Below are positions 12,565 to 24,090 of a DNA stretch of 64,000 nt, piece after piece. How positions within the stretch are numbered: the first letter of the stretch is position 1; every line of letters starts with the position of its first letter. Made by a program: the position numbers and the translations under genes. The notes beneath the pieces were generated by a model. That model was not told the DNA's origin, made no database searches, and was given only the letters and a program-made list of their open reading frames with translations. This DNA comes from Eukaryota sp. GEM-RC1 (taxonomy: Eukaryota). The stretch lies in assembly GCA_040285855.1 (NCBI GenBank), contig JAUFOQ010000001.1, forward strand, positions 2,418,001-2,482,000. Direction: 5' to 3'.

Positions 12565-14222
12565 TATAAAACGTGTTGATTGCAGTGGCTTGAGAAAGCC
12601 AAATTGCAAAGGTCTTATTTCTTTGTTTGATATACATTCTATTAACAAATCAGTGATCGATATTGGCATTTTTCCTCATTTTGTTGATGTTTCTCGGGGA
12701 TTTATTCGTTGTCTGAATGTGTTTGAAAATGAAGACTTAGTGTTACTTTTAAGTGCTTTGAAGTCACAAGTTTCTATTAACCGTGTGATTTGTCGTAAAT
12801 TGAGAAATCCAAATCAAATAGGTCTAATTGCATTATTTGAAATTCTTTCTATTAACAAAACATTGATTGATATCGATGTTTCTCCTTATTTAATTGATGT
12901 TAAACATGGTGTCTATTGTTTCTCACCCGAAAATTCTACTCAAATAACTGTTGAACTTCTCACTTCTTTAATGTCTCTTTCGAAGTCTTCTAGGATTAAG
13001 GACCTTACTTTTAGAAGATGTTGTTTTTGTGACGAAGCAGTCAGTAATTTGTATGACGTGATCATGTTGAAAAATTCAATGACTGCTTTTGATCTCAGTA
13101 ATTGTGCTTAGTGTCTGTTAGTTATTAACTTCTGCAAATGCATTTATTTCACTGATTGATCATAAACCCCGTTTTTTTTATTGTGATTTCAATTATTGCA
13201 ATTTCTCCAGTTTGATTATTTGCGCTTCAATCAAACAAATATTTAAAAAAACTGATTCTGAGTAATAATCTTATTGAATTCCAAGGATTGTTGACTGTTT
13301 TTGAACTGTTTGAAGATCACAATTCAATTGAAACTATTCATCTTTCAAACCATTTCATCGATTTCAGTCTAGGTATAATTAATTACAACAATTGTGTTAC
13401 ATTGGAAGATTTAATTTATCTTTTAAACGCTTTACAATCCAATGTGCCTATCAAACGTGTTGATTGTCGTGGATTGACTAATCCAAGTCTAGAGGGAGTT
13501 ATATCTTTATTTGGAATACTTTCCATTTACAATTTAGTGATTAATCTTGATATTTCCCCTCATTTTATAGATGTTGAAAATGGTGTGTTCTGTTTCTCGC
13601 CCAAGAAATCCTCGCAAACTACCATTGAAGAAGTCTCTAGTCTAATGTCTTTACTGAACCGTTGCAGTGTCAAAAAGCTTACTCTTAACAGATATTGTTT
13701 TACAAAAGTAACATTCGACATTTTGTGTGATGTAATTAAGACCAATAATTCTTTGACTTCTATCGACTTAACTGACTGTGTTCTCTTTGACTTCTGGAAA
13801 TTCATAACTGCACTTCAGGTTAATTCTGGTTTCAAGTACATCACAATAAGTCACGGTGGTAGCAAGTACAATCAGCTTTCGACAATTTTTAAATTACTTT
13901 CTACTCAAAGATCTAGGTCACTACAATATCTTCGAATTTCTCAACGTTCAATTAATTATGTTGATGAATCGGTTCAGTTGGGACAACGATTCAAAGTAAG
14001 TAAATGAACGTCAATTTCTCCTTGATTTTGACTCACCCTGTGAATGATAGATTCAATTCATATATTGTAATTTTGGGAAAATAAATAACATACATCTCTT
14101 TTAAATCTCGAATCTGATTCTGTATTATATGTTTACAAAAACTTGGTATTAGCTATTTGTTCTGGTTATCTTAACCTTAAATGAAAACATGTTAATTGGT
14201 TCTTAGAATTAGTGACACTGTG
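12565..14222 (+). repeat. Direct segmental duplicate of about 18833-20415 (3' part plus downstream flank of the family A LRR gene), 5'-truncated
   Basis: Begins TATAAAACGTGTTGATTGCAGTGGCTTGAGAAAGCC, matching 18833 onward, and stays near-identical through the stop and 3' flank to GTGACACTGTG. Confidence 0.9.
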
Positions 14223-14550
14223 ACGGCGATTACAACGGACCTTACTAAGTTGTCTCAATTGAATCGAAATCATCAATTTCCTTTAAGAATCTCATCACTG
14301 GTCATGTTAGTAAGACTAGCATCCATCAATGTAAGATCTTTCAATCAGATTTTTAGCTGATCAAGATCTCCTCAAACCAGTTGCTTCTGGCGATACTGAC
14401 GAACACATCGTGGTTAAGATCATTAATAGAATCAATACACCAGATGATGAAGATTGTACTGTTCTTTGGTTTGATGGTGATACTTCATCAGTTCCCACCA
14501 AGGACTTCAAAAACAATCAATCAGAACTTAAAGCATCAATTCACAGTTTA
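14222..14550 (+). mobile_element. Ty3/gypsy integrase C-terminus remnant (GPY/F module plus chromodomain-like tail)
   Basis: Manual translation DGDYNGPY*VVSIESKSSISFKNLITG..., then in another frame EHIVVKIINR..DCTVLWFDGDTSSVPTKDFKN. Confidence 0.55.
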
Positions 14551-14568
14551 TAAGACAAGAAAAGTAAT

Positions 14569-14892
14569 CTAACAGTAGAAATAGACCCTCCATGAAGAAG
14601 ATGAAACAGCCCGCACCTCACAACCACAGCCTTGACAAGTACATCCATTCTGTCCAAACCGAACCTCTACTGCGGAAGAGTACTTGATATGGGAGTTTGA
14701 ATTAGCACCGCTCACAACGACGTTAGTCGACGCCCCCGGCATAAGAATATCTGTTGGGAAAGATTCAAATCGGCCAGTAGTCATATAAAGTTGACGAGTC
14801 AAGGTTCTCGAAGATTCGTTGTGAATTTGGACCTGATAAACCGAGCAGCTGGCCAGCCCTAGAAAGAGAAAAGCAAAGATGAAGAGACGCAT
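14569..14892 (-). CDS. Small secreted cysteine-containing protein (107 aa), possibly aegerolysin-like beta-sandwich
   Basis: Intact ORF with a hydrophobic signal peptide (MRLFIFAFLFLGLASC), a VQIHNESSRTL...G.F...P..I.MPG pattern and a CTCQGCGC cluster. The fold assignment is only a guess. Confidence 0.6.
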   Translation of the reverse strand: MRLFIFAFLFLGLASCSVYQVQIHNESSRTLTRQLYMTTGRFESFPTDILMPGASTNVVVSGANSNSHIKYSSAVEVRFGQNGCTCQGCGCEVRAVSSSSWRVYFYC

Positions 14893-14924
14893 TCGTGATG
14901 GAGGATGATTTTTGTTTTTTGTTG

Positions 14925-14990
14925 AGTGGACTTAACCAAATATGGCCGGGTTTCACCAGCCAGCTAACAAAAATAAAGCTAATTTCTACA
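14925..14990 (-). ncRNA. Candidate Fanzor omega-RNA 3' scaffold hairpin
   Basis: Minus-strand TGGCTGG-TGAAAC-CCGGCCA (14943-14962) forms a 7-bp stem with one G-U pair and a GAAA-containing loop, 16 nt after the Fanzor stop. Boundaries are unknown. Confidence 0.4.
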
Positions 14991-15932
14991 CAAGTACTCC
15001 ACTCTCTCATCACTTCCACTCATCCAATGTTCGAACATGTTCATCATGTTCAAACAAGCCATCTTGTTTCGATTCCAATACATTTGACTGGGCACTGTAT
15101 GCCCTTTCTTTTTCCCCTTTCAATCGTTTCTTGACTTCTCCCAGACAATGTTTGCTCTTACACTCTAGTAAGCATCTTCATTACATTCTGGACACTTGGA
15201 CGAAGTGTTTCTCTCATCATTCATAACTGTTAAAAAACCGTTTCTCTGAAAGAATGAAGTCCAAGTCTTAGTTCTGGATGGTGGACTGTGTTTTAAGTTG
15301 GACATTGGCTTCTGACCTAAATCACCAATACATAGTACGATTTTGTCACGGCTACCAAAAGTTTTTACAATGCTGTTAACCAATTTAGACTCTGTCTTTT
15401 GCTTATGGACATGATTTTGGATTTACTAAATCCTCCATATATGCAAAGCATAGAAATTTTTAGTTGCATTGTAGTGAATACGTTTATTCAGCATAAATTC
15501 TCTAAATTTATTGTAATTGACTGTCTTAGAATTCTGATCTTCACCTAACCAAGTGTTCCATTCCTCAATAGTCTTCGTCTGACCTGAGGGACTAGTACCA
15601 GATCTCTTTCTGACAAGGTACTGGTGGATTCTTTTATGCTTTCTGGACACTCTAGACCACTCAGCATACGTCACTCGTAAGAAGTTGTATTTCTTTAGAG
15701 GATTTTGAGTTTCCCTATTTGATTGAGATGCAAGTTGTAGCATGTCTCTCTTTCCAATGTCCACATAAACCATTTGTTTAGAAATATAATCAGACCTATC
15801 ATATTCATTGAAATATTGTACATTTACTGAAGCTTTACTTGAATAAGGTTTACATTTCATTCCTTTCAAATCCTTTCTCACAAATTGAAAACAAATCGAA
15901 ATTCCATCAGTTACAGCATAGTTGTTCATCAC
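14979..15932 (-). mobile_element. Degenerate Fanzor1-type (TnpB-like) RuvC nuclease gene, 5'-truncated
   Basis: Ordered motifs: AVTDGISI; RuvC-I VYVDIGKRD; KQKTESKLVNSIVKTFG; LCIGD; RuvC-II NDERNTSSKCPEC; LLECKSKHC; RuvC-III YWNRNKMACLNM; terminal RVEYLCRN*. Contains in-frame TAG-TAA (15428-15423) and two frameshifts. Confidence 0.85.
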
Positions 15933-16038
15933 TATAAATAGACAGAACTACAGTAGAACAAAGGGTGTTTACACTTGTGTGCTAACACAGAATTGTTTCA
16001 AGATTTTGATTTGGAACATTCACATTTACTCTTTTTGA

Positions 16039-19000
16039 ATGCTCAACAAATGTTGTGATATTTGTCAGAACGTGGACATTGACCCAGATCATATCTGTTC
16101 CGATCGTTCTGTGTGTTCATCAAGCTGTCTTTCACAATGGAGATCGAGTTCTTGTCTTTCTAGATCGCTTAACACATCTTCTTCTTCCACCGATTCCCCC
16201 TTCATCCGAAACAACTCGAACTTGATCATCTCTTATCCTAAATCTCTCCATCTACAGCAGTCTATACTGATGCTGGTCGTCGCCCACCTGGCTCGTCGTA
16301 AATATAAGTCACGCCGCGAAGAACATGATGACCCTTCATTTCCTAGTTTGATGAAACAACTACATATGATACTTCAAAGGGTTGGTTACGTTAGTAAACG
16401 ATTCTTTGATATTGTAGTTTCGTCATTTGATCTCTTTACCCTTACAAACACACTTCACATTGTCCCTCAAGATCTTTTTCTATTTGCACCACTCCTTTCT
16501 CTTTTTGGAGCCACTTTTCACTCTATTACTCTTCAAATGACAGACTTCTTTCAACCTGAAATTGTTACTGAGTTTCGTTCAGTTATAACTCAATTAAAAG
16601 CATCTACTTTCCCACTATTGAACCACGTTTTAGACCATTCTTCTGCTCTTTACTTACCACGACTTAGACATTTCGATCTTACGTATATGTCTGATGTAAC
16701 TGACTTAAATTGGTTTCCGTCTGTTTCTAGTGTATCTGATTTGGATTCATTTACATGCATTTGCAAATCGCTCTCAACAAATACAACTGTTTTAGAATTT
16801 CGAGTTAGAGTTAATATTTTCAATACCACTTCAAGTGAGGCTCTTGCAGAAGTGTTTTCCTCAAATACCACGTTAAGAAAGATTTCCTTGGCTTCTGGTC
16901 ATCCACTCAATGATGAGTGTGCTCTGATTCTATTTACAGGTTTATCACAGAATTCATCGGTTAAAGTATTGGATTTATATGATCTGGATGTATATAGAGT
17001 TTGTGCTTCACTACTTCTAAACAGTTCATGTCTCGCAAGTATTGTGTTACCTGGGAGATGTACTCTCGATTACTCAGTAATCAACCCTCTTAGGACCAAT
17101 GAATCTCTTAGAGAAATCTCATTGATGGGGAATAGTTATAATATTAACAATCTTGCTGAGATTTTAAAATTCAAATGTTCTTTGAAAAAATTGGAAATTC
17201 GTGAAACTGTTTTCCAACGGGGTTCTGAGTTATCACAAATTTTCCATTCTCTCAAAACCAACACGAATTTAGTAGAATTGATTATGAGTTTTAATCACCC
17301 GTTTAATGATGAAGAAGTCCAGGCTTTACTAGATATGATAAGGCTAAATAGTACACTACTAGTCTTAGATCTGGATTGTTTATTTGTTAATTCGTCTCAT
17401 ATGAAACCTATCGTTAACGTACTTAAGATGAATTCACGATTAAACACTGTCATTTTTAAATCATTGGATTTCAGTGGCTTACTCGCAGTTTTTAGAGGTT
17501 TGGTTTCCCACAAGTTTGGTTTTTCATTTCGTGTTTCCCCTCATACTATTGATGTTAAAAATAGTGTGTTTTGTTTCTCACCCAAAAGTTATACTCAAAT
17601 ATCTGCTCAACAAATCTCTTTTCTGCAGTCTATTTTAGAGAGGTTTAATATCAAAAACGTTAAATTTAGAATATGTCATTTTCTTGACAACGCAATCACT
17701 TGTTTATGTGACGTGATCATGTTGAATAATTCATTGACTTCTTTTGATCTCATAGATTGTACATTTAATTTTAATAATTCCACACTAGCAAAATTGATTA
17801 ATGCACTTCAATCAAACAAATATTTAAAGAAAGTGAGTCTGAATAATAATCTTATTGAATTCCAAGAATTTTTGACTGTTTTTGAATTATTTAAAGAACA
17901 CAATTCAATTGAAACTATTCGTTTTTCAGACCATTTCATTGATTTCAGTCTAGGAATAATTAATTACAACAATTGTCTTACACTGGCAGATTTGAACCTA
18001 CTTTCAGCTACTTTGACGTCAAATGTTTTTATTAAACGTTTCAACTGTCGTGGTTTGAGTGATCCATATCAAAAGAACTTATAGATGTCGTAGAAACACT
18101 TTCAACTAACAAATCGGTGATTGTTTTTGATATTCCGCCTTACTTCGTTGACATTGAAAATGGTGTGTTTTCGTTTTCAGCAGTGGGCTCTAGCGTAATA
18201 ACTGTTGATGAAGTCACATCAATATTGTCGTTTTTAAAAGGTAATCGTATTCAGCTTCTTACTCTTAGTAAATGTCGTTTTTCTACACAAACAATCACTA
18301 TTCTATGTGATTTAATCAGAGCCAATCCTTCTTTGCGCTCTATTGATCTCAGTAACTGTAATCTATGCGATGACGACACTCTCGGTATTATCGATGCACT
18401 GCTGTTTAATGGTTCTATTGATAAGATTAATCTTAGTTATAATTCATTTGGCCTTCATATTGTCATATTCATATTTGAACAGATTTCACTTGGTAAACTT
18501 TCACCAAATTTTGAAATTTTACCTCATGCTGTTGATGTTTCCGTGGGACTTACGCGTTATCTCAATGAGGTTAACGTAAAAGACATGGCGTTCTTTTTAA
18601 AATCCTGGAATTCCAAGGTTCCCATTAAACAATTAAACATTTCTGGATTAAGAAGTATAAGTCTAAAAGGCTTAATTGTTTTGTTTGAACATTACTGCAC
18701 TAACAATTCCCTTTCAAGTGTTGATGTCTCTCCGCATTTTGTTGACAATTCTCTTGGCTCAATTAGTTATGATAACCAGATTGAGAACGATGATCTAATT
18801 TATCTTTCAACAGCTTTAAAGTCAGGTGTTCCTATAAAACGTGTTGATTGCAGTGGCTTGAGAAAGCCAAATTGCAAAGGTCTTGTTTCTTTGTTTGTTA
18901 TACATTCTATTAACAAATCAGTGATCGATATTGACATTTTTCCTCATTTTGTTGATGTTTCTCGGGGATTTATTCGTTGTCTGAATGTGTTTGAAAATGA

Positions 19001-20195
19001 CGACTTAGTGTTTCTTTTAAGTGCTTTGAAGTCACAAGTTTCTATTAACCGTGTGATTTGTCGTAAATTGAGAAATCCGAATCAAATAGGTCTAATTGCT
19101 TTGTTTCAAATTCTTTCTATTAACAAAACATTGATTGACATTGATGTTTCTCCTTATTTAATTGATGTTAAACATGGTGTCTATCGTTTCTCACCCGAAA
19201 ATTCTACTCAAATAACTGTTGAACTTCTCACTTCTTTAATGTCTCTTTCGAAGTCTTCTAGGATTAAGGACCTTACTTTTAGAAGATGTTGTTTTTGTGA
19301 CGAAGCAGTCAGTAATTTGTATGACGTGAGCATGTTGAATAATTCAATGACTGCTTTTGATCTCAGTGATTGTGATTTCAATTATTGCAATTTCTCCAGT
19401 TTGATCATTGCGCTTCAATCAAACAAATATTTAAAAAAAGTGATTCTCAGTAATAATCTTATTGAATTCCAAGGAATGTTGACTGTTTTTGAACTATTTG
19501 TAGATCACAATTCAATTGAAACTTTTCATCTTTCAGACCATTTCATCGATTTCAGTCTAGGTATAATTAATTACAACAATTGTATTACACTGACAGATTT
19601 ATTTTCGCTTTTAAGTGCTTTACAATCCAATGTGCCTATCAAACGTGTTGATTGTCGTCGATTGAGTGATCCAAGTCTAGAGGGAGTTATAACTTTATTT
19701 GAAATACTTTCCATTTACAATTTAGTGATTAATCTTGATATATCCCCTCATTTTATTGATTTTGAAAATGGTGTGTTCTGTTTCTCGCCCAAGAAATCCT
19801 CGCAACTAACCATCGAAGAAGTCTCAAGTCTAATGTCTTTAGTGAATCGTTGTAGTGTCAAAAAGCTTACTCTTAACAGATATTGTTTTACAAAAGAATC
19901 ATTCGACATTTTGTGTGATGTCATTATGGCCAATCATTCATTGACTTCTGTTGACTTAACTGACTGTGTTCTCTTTGATTTCTGGAAATTCATAACTGCA
20001 CTTCAGGTTAATTCTGGTTTAAAGTACGTCACAATAAGTCACGGTGGTATCAAGTACAATCAGCTTTCGACAATTTTTAAATTACTTTCTACTCAAAAAT
20101 CTAGGTCACTACAATTTCTTCGAATTTCTCAACGTTCAATTAATTTTGTTGATGAATCGGTTCAGTTGGGACATCGATTCAAAGTAAGTAAATGA
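16039..20195 (+). CDS. Large LRR-like solenoid protein (family A), about 1380 aa with one frameshift near 18070
   Basis: Two long ORFs (681 and 692 aa) with continuous repeat architecture; LRR-like NSSLTSxDLS segments alternate with SPHFID..G modules. Confidence 0.85.
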
Positions 20196-20699
20196 ACGTC
20201 AATTTCTCCTTGATTTTGACTCACCCTGTGAATGATAGATTCAATTCATATATTGTAATTTTGGGAAAGTAAATAACATACATGTACATCTCTTTTAATT
20301 CTCGAATCTGATTCTGTATTATGTGTTTAGTCAAACTTGGTATTAGCTATTTGTTCACGTTATCACAACCTTAAATGAAAACATGTTAATTGGTTTTTAG
20401 AATTAGTGACACTGTGCTTCAGTCGACATTCTAATTACATTGTGAAGTTATTTATTGAGAAGTAGACAAACTTTATCACAACTCTACTTTTGTCTTAATG
20501 ATGTTTAGTTATTGATGCAGAGACTCGAAGTAAAAAACTCTATTCTACATTCTTCTATCACATTACATGGAAAACATAAGTGGTAATTACTTTAACACTG
20601 GTACTTAGACACATTTGACAATCAATGTCACTTTTTAAAATTAAACTTTGTGACAGTAGTATTGTTATGAGACGACAAAATAGTTACAGGGAAGTTAAC

Positions 20700-21850
20700 C
20701 GGGACTCGAGTGGACATTGGAGAGTGTGATTCAATATTTGATTAAATTGCAGGTGCTCAAGTGTTATTCTGTGATCAACGAGCCTCAAACTTGTTGACGC
20801 TTCCTTTGTATTTGATCTAAGCTTCAGAAGCTACATGAAATTGCATCGACACTAGCAATCAAACATAGTAGAGCGCGACCATCTGGCAGCTAGACAGGTA
20901 GCTTTGCTTTGGATTCTCCATAAATTAGCTTTTTTCTTTGATATGTTCTCGACTTAGCCTCACTTTAAGAAAATAAAAAAAGACACATGCATGGTTTTGC
21001 AATTTTGGTACATTTAGGGTGATGATTAACCATCTTGTACAACTAAAGAAACTAAAGGGCACCATAGATGTATAATATGATTAGGACTACGTTGTATCTG
21101 GTAACTTAGGGGTACACTTAGGATATATCTATAATTAAAAGAGAGATGGCAGAGTGTCAAAGTGGTTTAAGGTATATCAAATGTACATTAAAGTAGCTCT
21201 TTACAATGACTAATTTGTTAAGAGCTACTGGTAAAAGGAAACAGAGACAGGCCAATTCGAAGCTCCATCCGTAATCATTGAGTACCGCAAAAAGAAACCC
21301 CGACTGTGTGATTTTACAAAGCTTAAGGAACAATCCTAATCAGCAACAATCGACCTACCAAGGTTTAATAGCAAAATAATTCCCTCTCAAAGCGCAATAC
21401 TTGTGGTTCTATGTCACCTTTGTCGACAGAATTTCTCAAATGGAACCCTTATAATTACTCAGAGACTGCTCTCGTATAAACGAGCAGCTCTTGGAATATG
21501 TCAAAAATTGTAAGACACAGGTGCCTCCAAGAAAAAAGCAGAAAAAGGCGGAGAAACATTAGTCATGATGACGTGTTTTGCATTGTTATAGACTGTATTA
21601 TACAATTAATCTTCTCCATCTATTTTACACACCCAACAGTATGTACCAAAATCGGTTTCATTTTTGGATTTTGTTTATCATCAGAAAAACTTGAGCAACA
21701 GTTATGGCTGCACTACAACAGAAAACTATGAAATGTGAACACTATTAGAAATGCTTGCCAATCCCACTGGTCGGAAGAAGATGAAATCGTTGATGGAGAT
21801 GAAATTTAGACTCTTTTGTTCGCGACACAGTTTTGCATTGTTTCTTAGTA
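20700..21850 (+). mobile_element. Highly decayed Ty3/gypsy pol (RT-connection) remnant
   Basis: Scattered motifs in order: GHWRV*FNI*LN (compare G.WR.C.DYR.LN), LGVMI, LG.I and FTKLKE...LPRF; many stops. Confidence 0.35.
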
Positions 21851-22654
21851 TAAAACGATATCCATTTGATATCGTTTAAATACTAGTCGTAAGTATTTCA
21901 TTAATTTAATTTTATTATCAATATCGATAGGTATTGCAATATCAACTAATATATTGGAACCAATACTGTATTTATTGGTGAGCTGTTTTCCAATACCAAT
22001 ATAAAGTAAAATTTGAAATTGAAGCCCCGGGCCTGTCCGTATAAGCCCCATCCTAAAATTGGCTACTATTTCGTGGTGGGTCTTCTCCCTATAAGCCCTT
22101 ACCAAATCAAGTTCCGAAGTCTAAGTTGCGTCTCATGCAGTTTATTCAATAACAAAAACAATAAAAGCAATTACTCATCAACAACTTCATCTAACTCACC
22201 CAATTCTCACTCAGGCAATAAGGTCAAATCCTCTTTCACTGATAAAACATTTTAAAAAATTGTACAGGCTCTAGTGTTTGGCAATGTGAAAATCTTGCAA
22301 CTGATTCAGTAGACATTTAGAAGTGTTTTGGGGTCAGGGATACTATATCTGAGAGCAGCTTTTCTGACAGAGATCTGACCAGATCGGACGGTTTCAATTA
22401 CTTCACATTTAAACGCAAACGGTTAAAATCTTCGTTTACGGAAAAACATTTGAAGGTAGGTAGAAAGAGAAAAGTTGAAGAATGAAAGTAAGACTAACAA
22501 TTAAACGTGTTGTTCAATAAATGTTTGAACCTATTAATTAAAATCGATACTTAATTATATAGAACCAGGGGTTACTATTACGTGGTGGGGCTTCAATTTC
22601 TTATTTTACTTTACTATCAATCCAATATTTCTCATCACATCTCATACTGCAGTA

Positions 22655-24090
22655 TGATGCCCATTTCCAGAACCAGAATCTGTTGCTCAAACTAAAAGCA
22701 AGCTTTAACAAGGGAAAGAGATTTATAAAGAAGAAAACCCAGCTAATTATAGATGTGATGATCCACGTCATCACTCGTCAACAAATCTCTCGTCTCATTG
22801 ACAAGAAGTTAGAGATTGTTTCGTCCTTCAAAAAAATCCGGATCTATTGCTAAAAAAACCTTTGAGAAACAAATGAATGTCTCATTAAGATCGCTTAACA
22901 GGTACATCCAACAAGAAACTCATCTTCTTTATCACAAGAAAGGTGTCAGACTTCCTGGCGGTGGCCGACCGTACGATAAGGAGTTAGAAGAAATATTACT
23001 TGAGTGGGTACGACAAACCCGTGATGACAATCTTCCTGTCACTATTATTTCTGTGTGTGAAAAAGCTAATGAAATTAGATCTTCCGATGAATCTGAGTTT
23101 ACACCTAGGATGGTCCATTACCTCTTAAAGCGAAATGGATATGTGCGTCGAGTGGTCAATCATAAGCTTGTTTTGTCCACCGATGAAACTATCCAAAGAG
23201 CTATGTCTTTCTTCAAAAATCTCAACGAAGTTTTAACAAACGAAGACTATCCTGTAAATAAAGAAAGAATTTACAATCTTGACGAAATTACAATCTTCAT
23301 TGATGAAAACACCAAACAAACATATGAGGGTGTCAATACAAGCGTTGTTGCAGTAAGAGGTCAAGTTCATGAAAAGTTCAGATTAACTGGGATATTATGT
23401 GCCTCAGCCACATGTGTTAAACATCCTCCAATTTTATTGATTCATGGTGAAGTTAATTCAATTGACTTTTCATTAGACCGATCACATATTGTGACCACGG
23501 TTTCTAGAAGAAGATGGAAGAATTCTGAGTTGTTCATTTTGTTACTAGACTTTTTGTTTCCACGGTACGAACGTCACAATTCTATTTTGATTGTTGACTC
23601 AGCACCTTGCTACAAGTCCAAAAGGGTGCAGGAATATCTCAATTCCCGTAAGAACTTGAAGTGTGTTTTGATATCAGGACGTTTGACACCTTATTGTCAG
23701 ACTACTGATGTCAGCTAGTTTAAGCCTTTCAAGACTAACTTTAGAAAACTTGTTTCTCAACATTTTCGGAATCCTAGCTGTCCAAGGACAAGAAACCAAA
23801 CCTTGAAACGACCAACTGATTTGAAACTCGGTCAGATGATGGATTCTGCTGAGATGTTGACGAGGATTTGGTAAGACATTCTTTCGAATCCACTGTCCTT
23901 TGCCATCCTCTTAACAGCTTCTTTGCACGTAATCAGTTGTTTCAAGAAAGCTTTCATAGAGCCTTCAACGAATGGGAAGAAGGACAACAGATGGTTTTTT
24001 TTCGAATGATGGGTCATCAGAAGAAGATGAGCCTGTAGATGTTTCAGATGAAGATGAATATGGGGTTGATTTAGTGCTTGATTTAGTGCT
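22655..24090 (+). mobile_element. pogo-like (CENP-B HTH + DDE_1) transposase, disrupted
   Basis: GGGRP..ELEEILLEWVRQTR (CENP-B HTH); catalytic motifs YNLDEI, IVDSAPCY, QTTDVS*FKPFK; acidic C-terminal tail; stop at 23718 and broken 5' frame. Confidence 0.88.
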
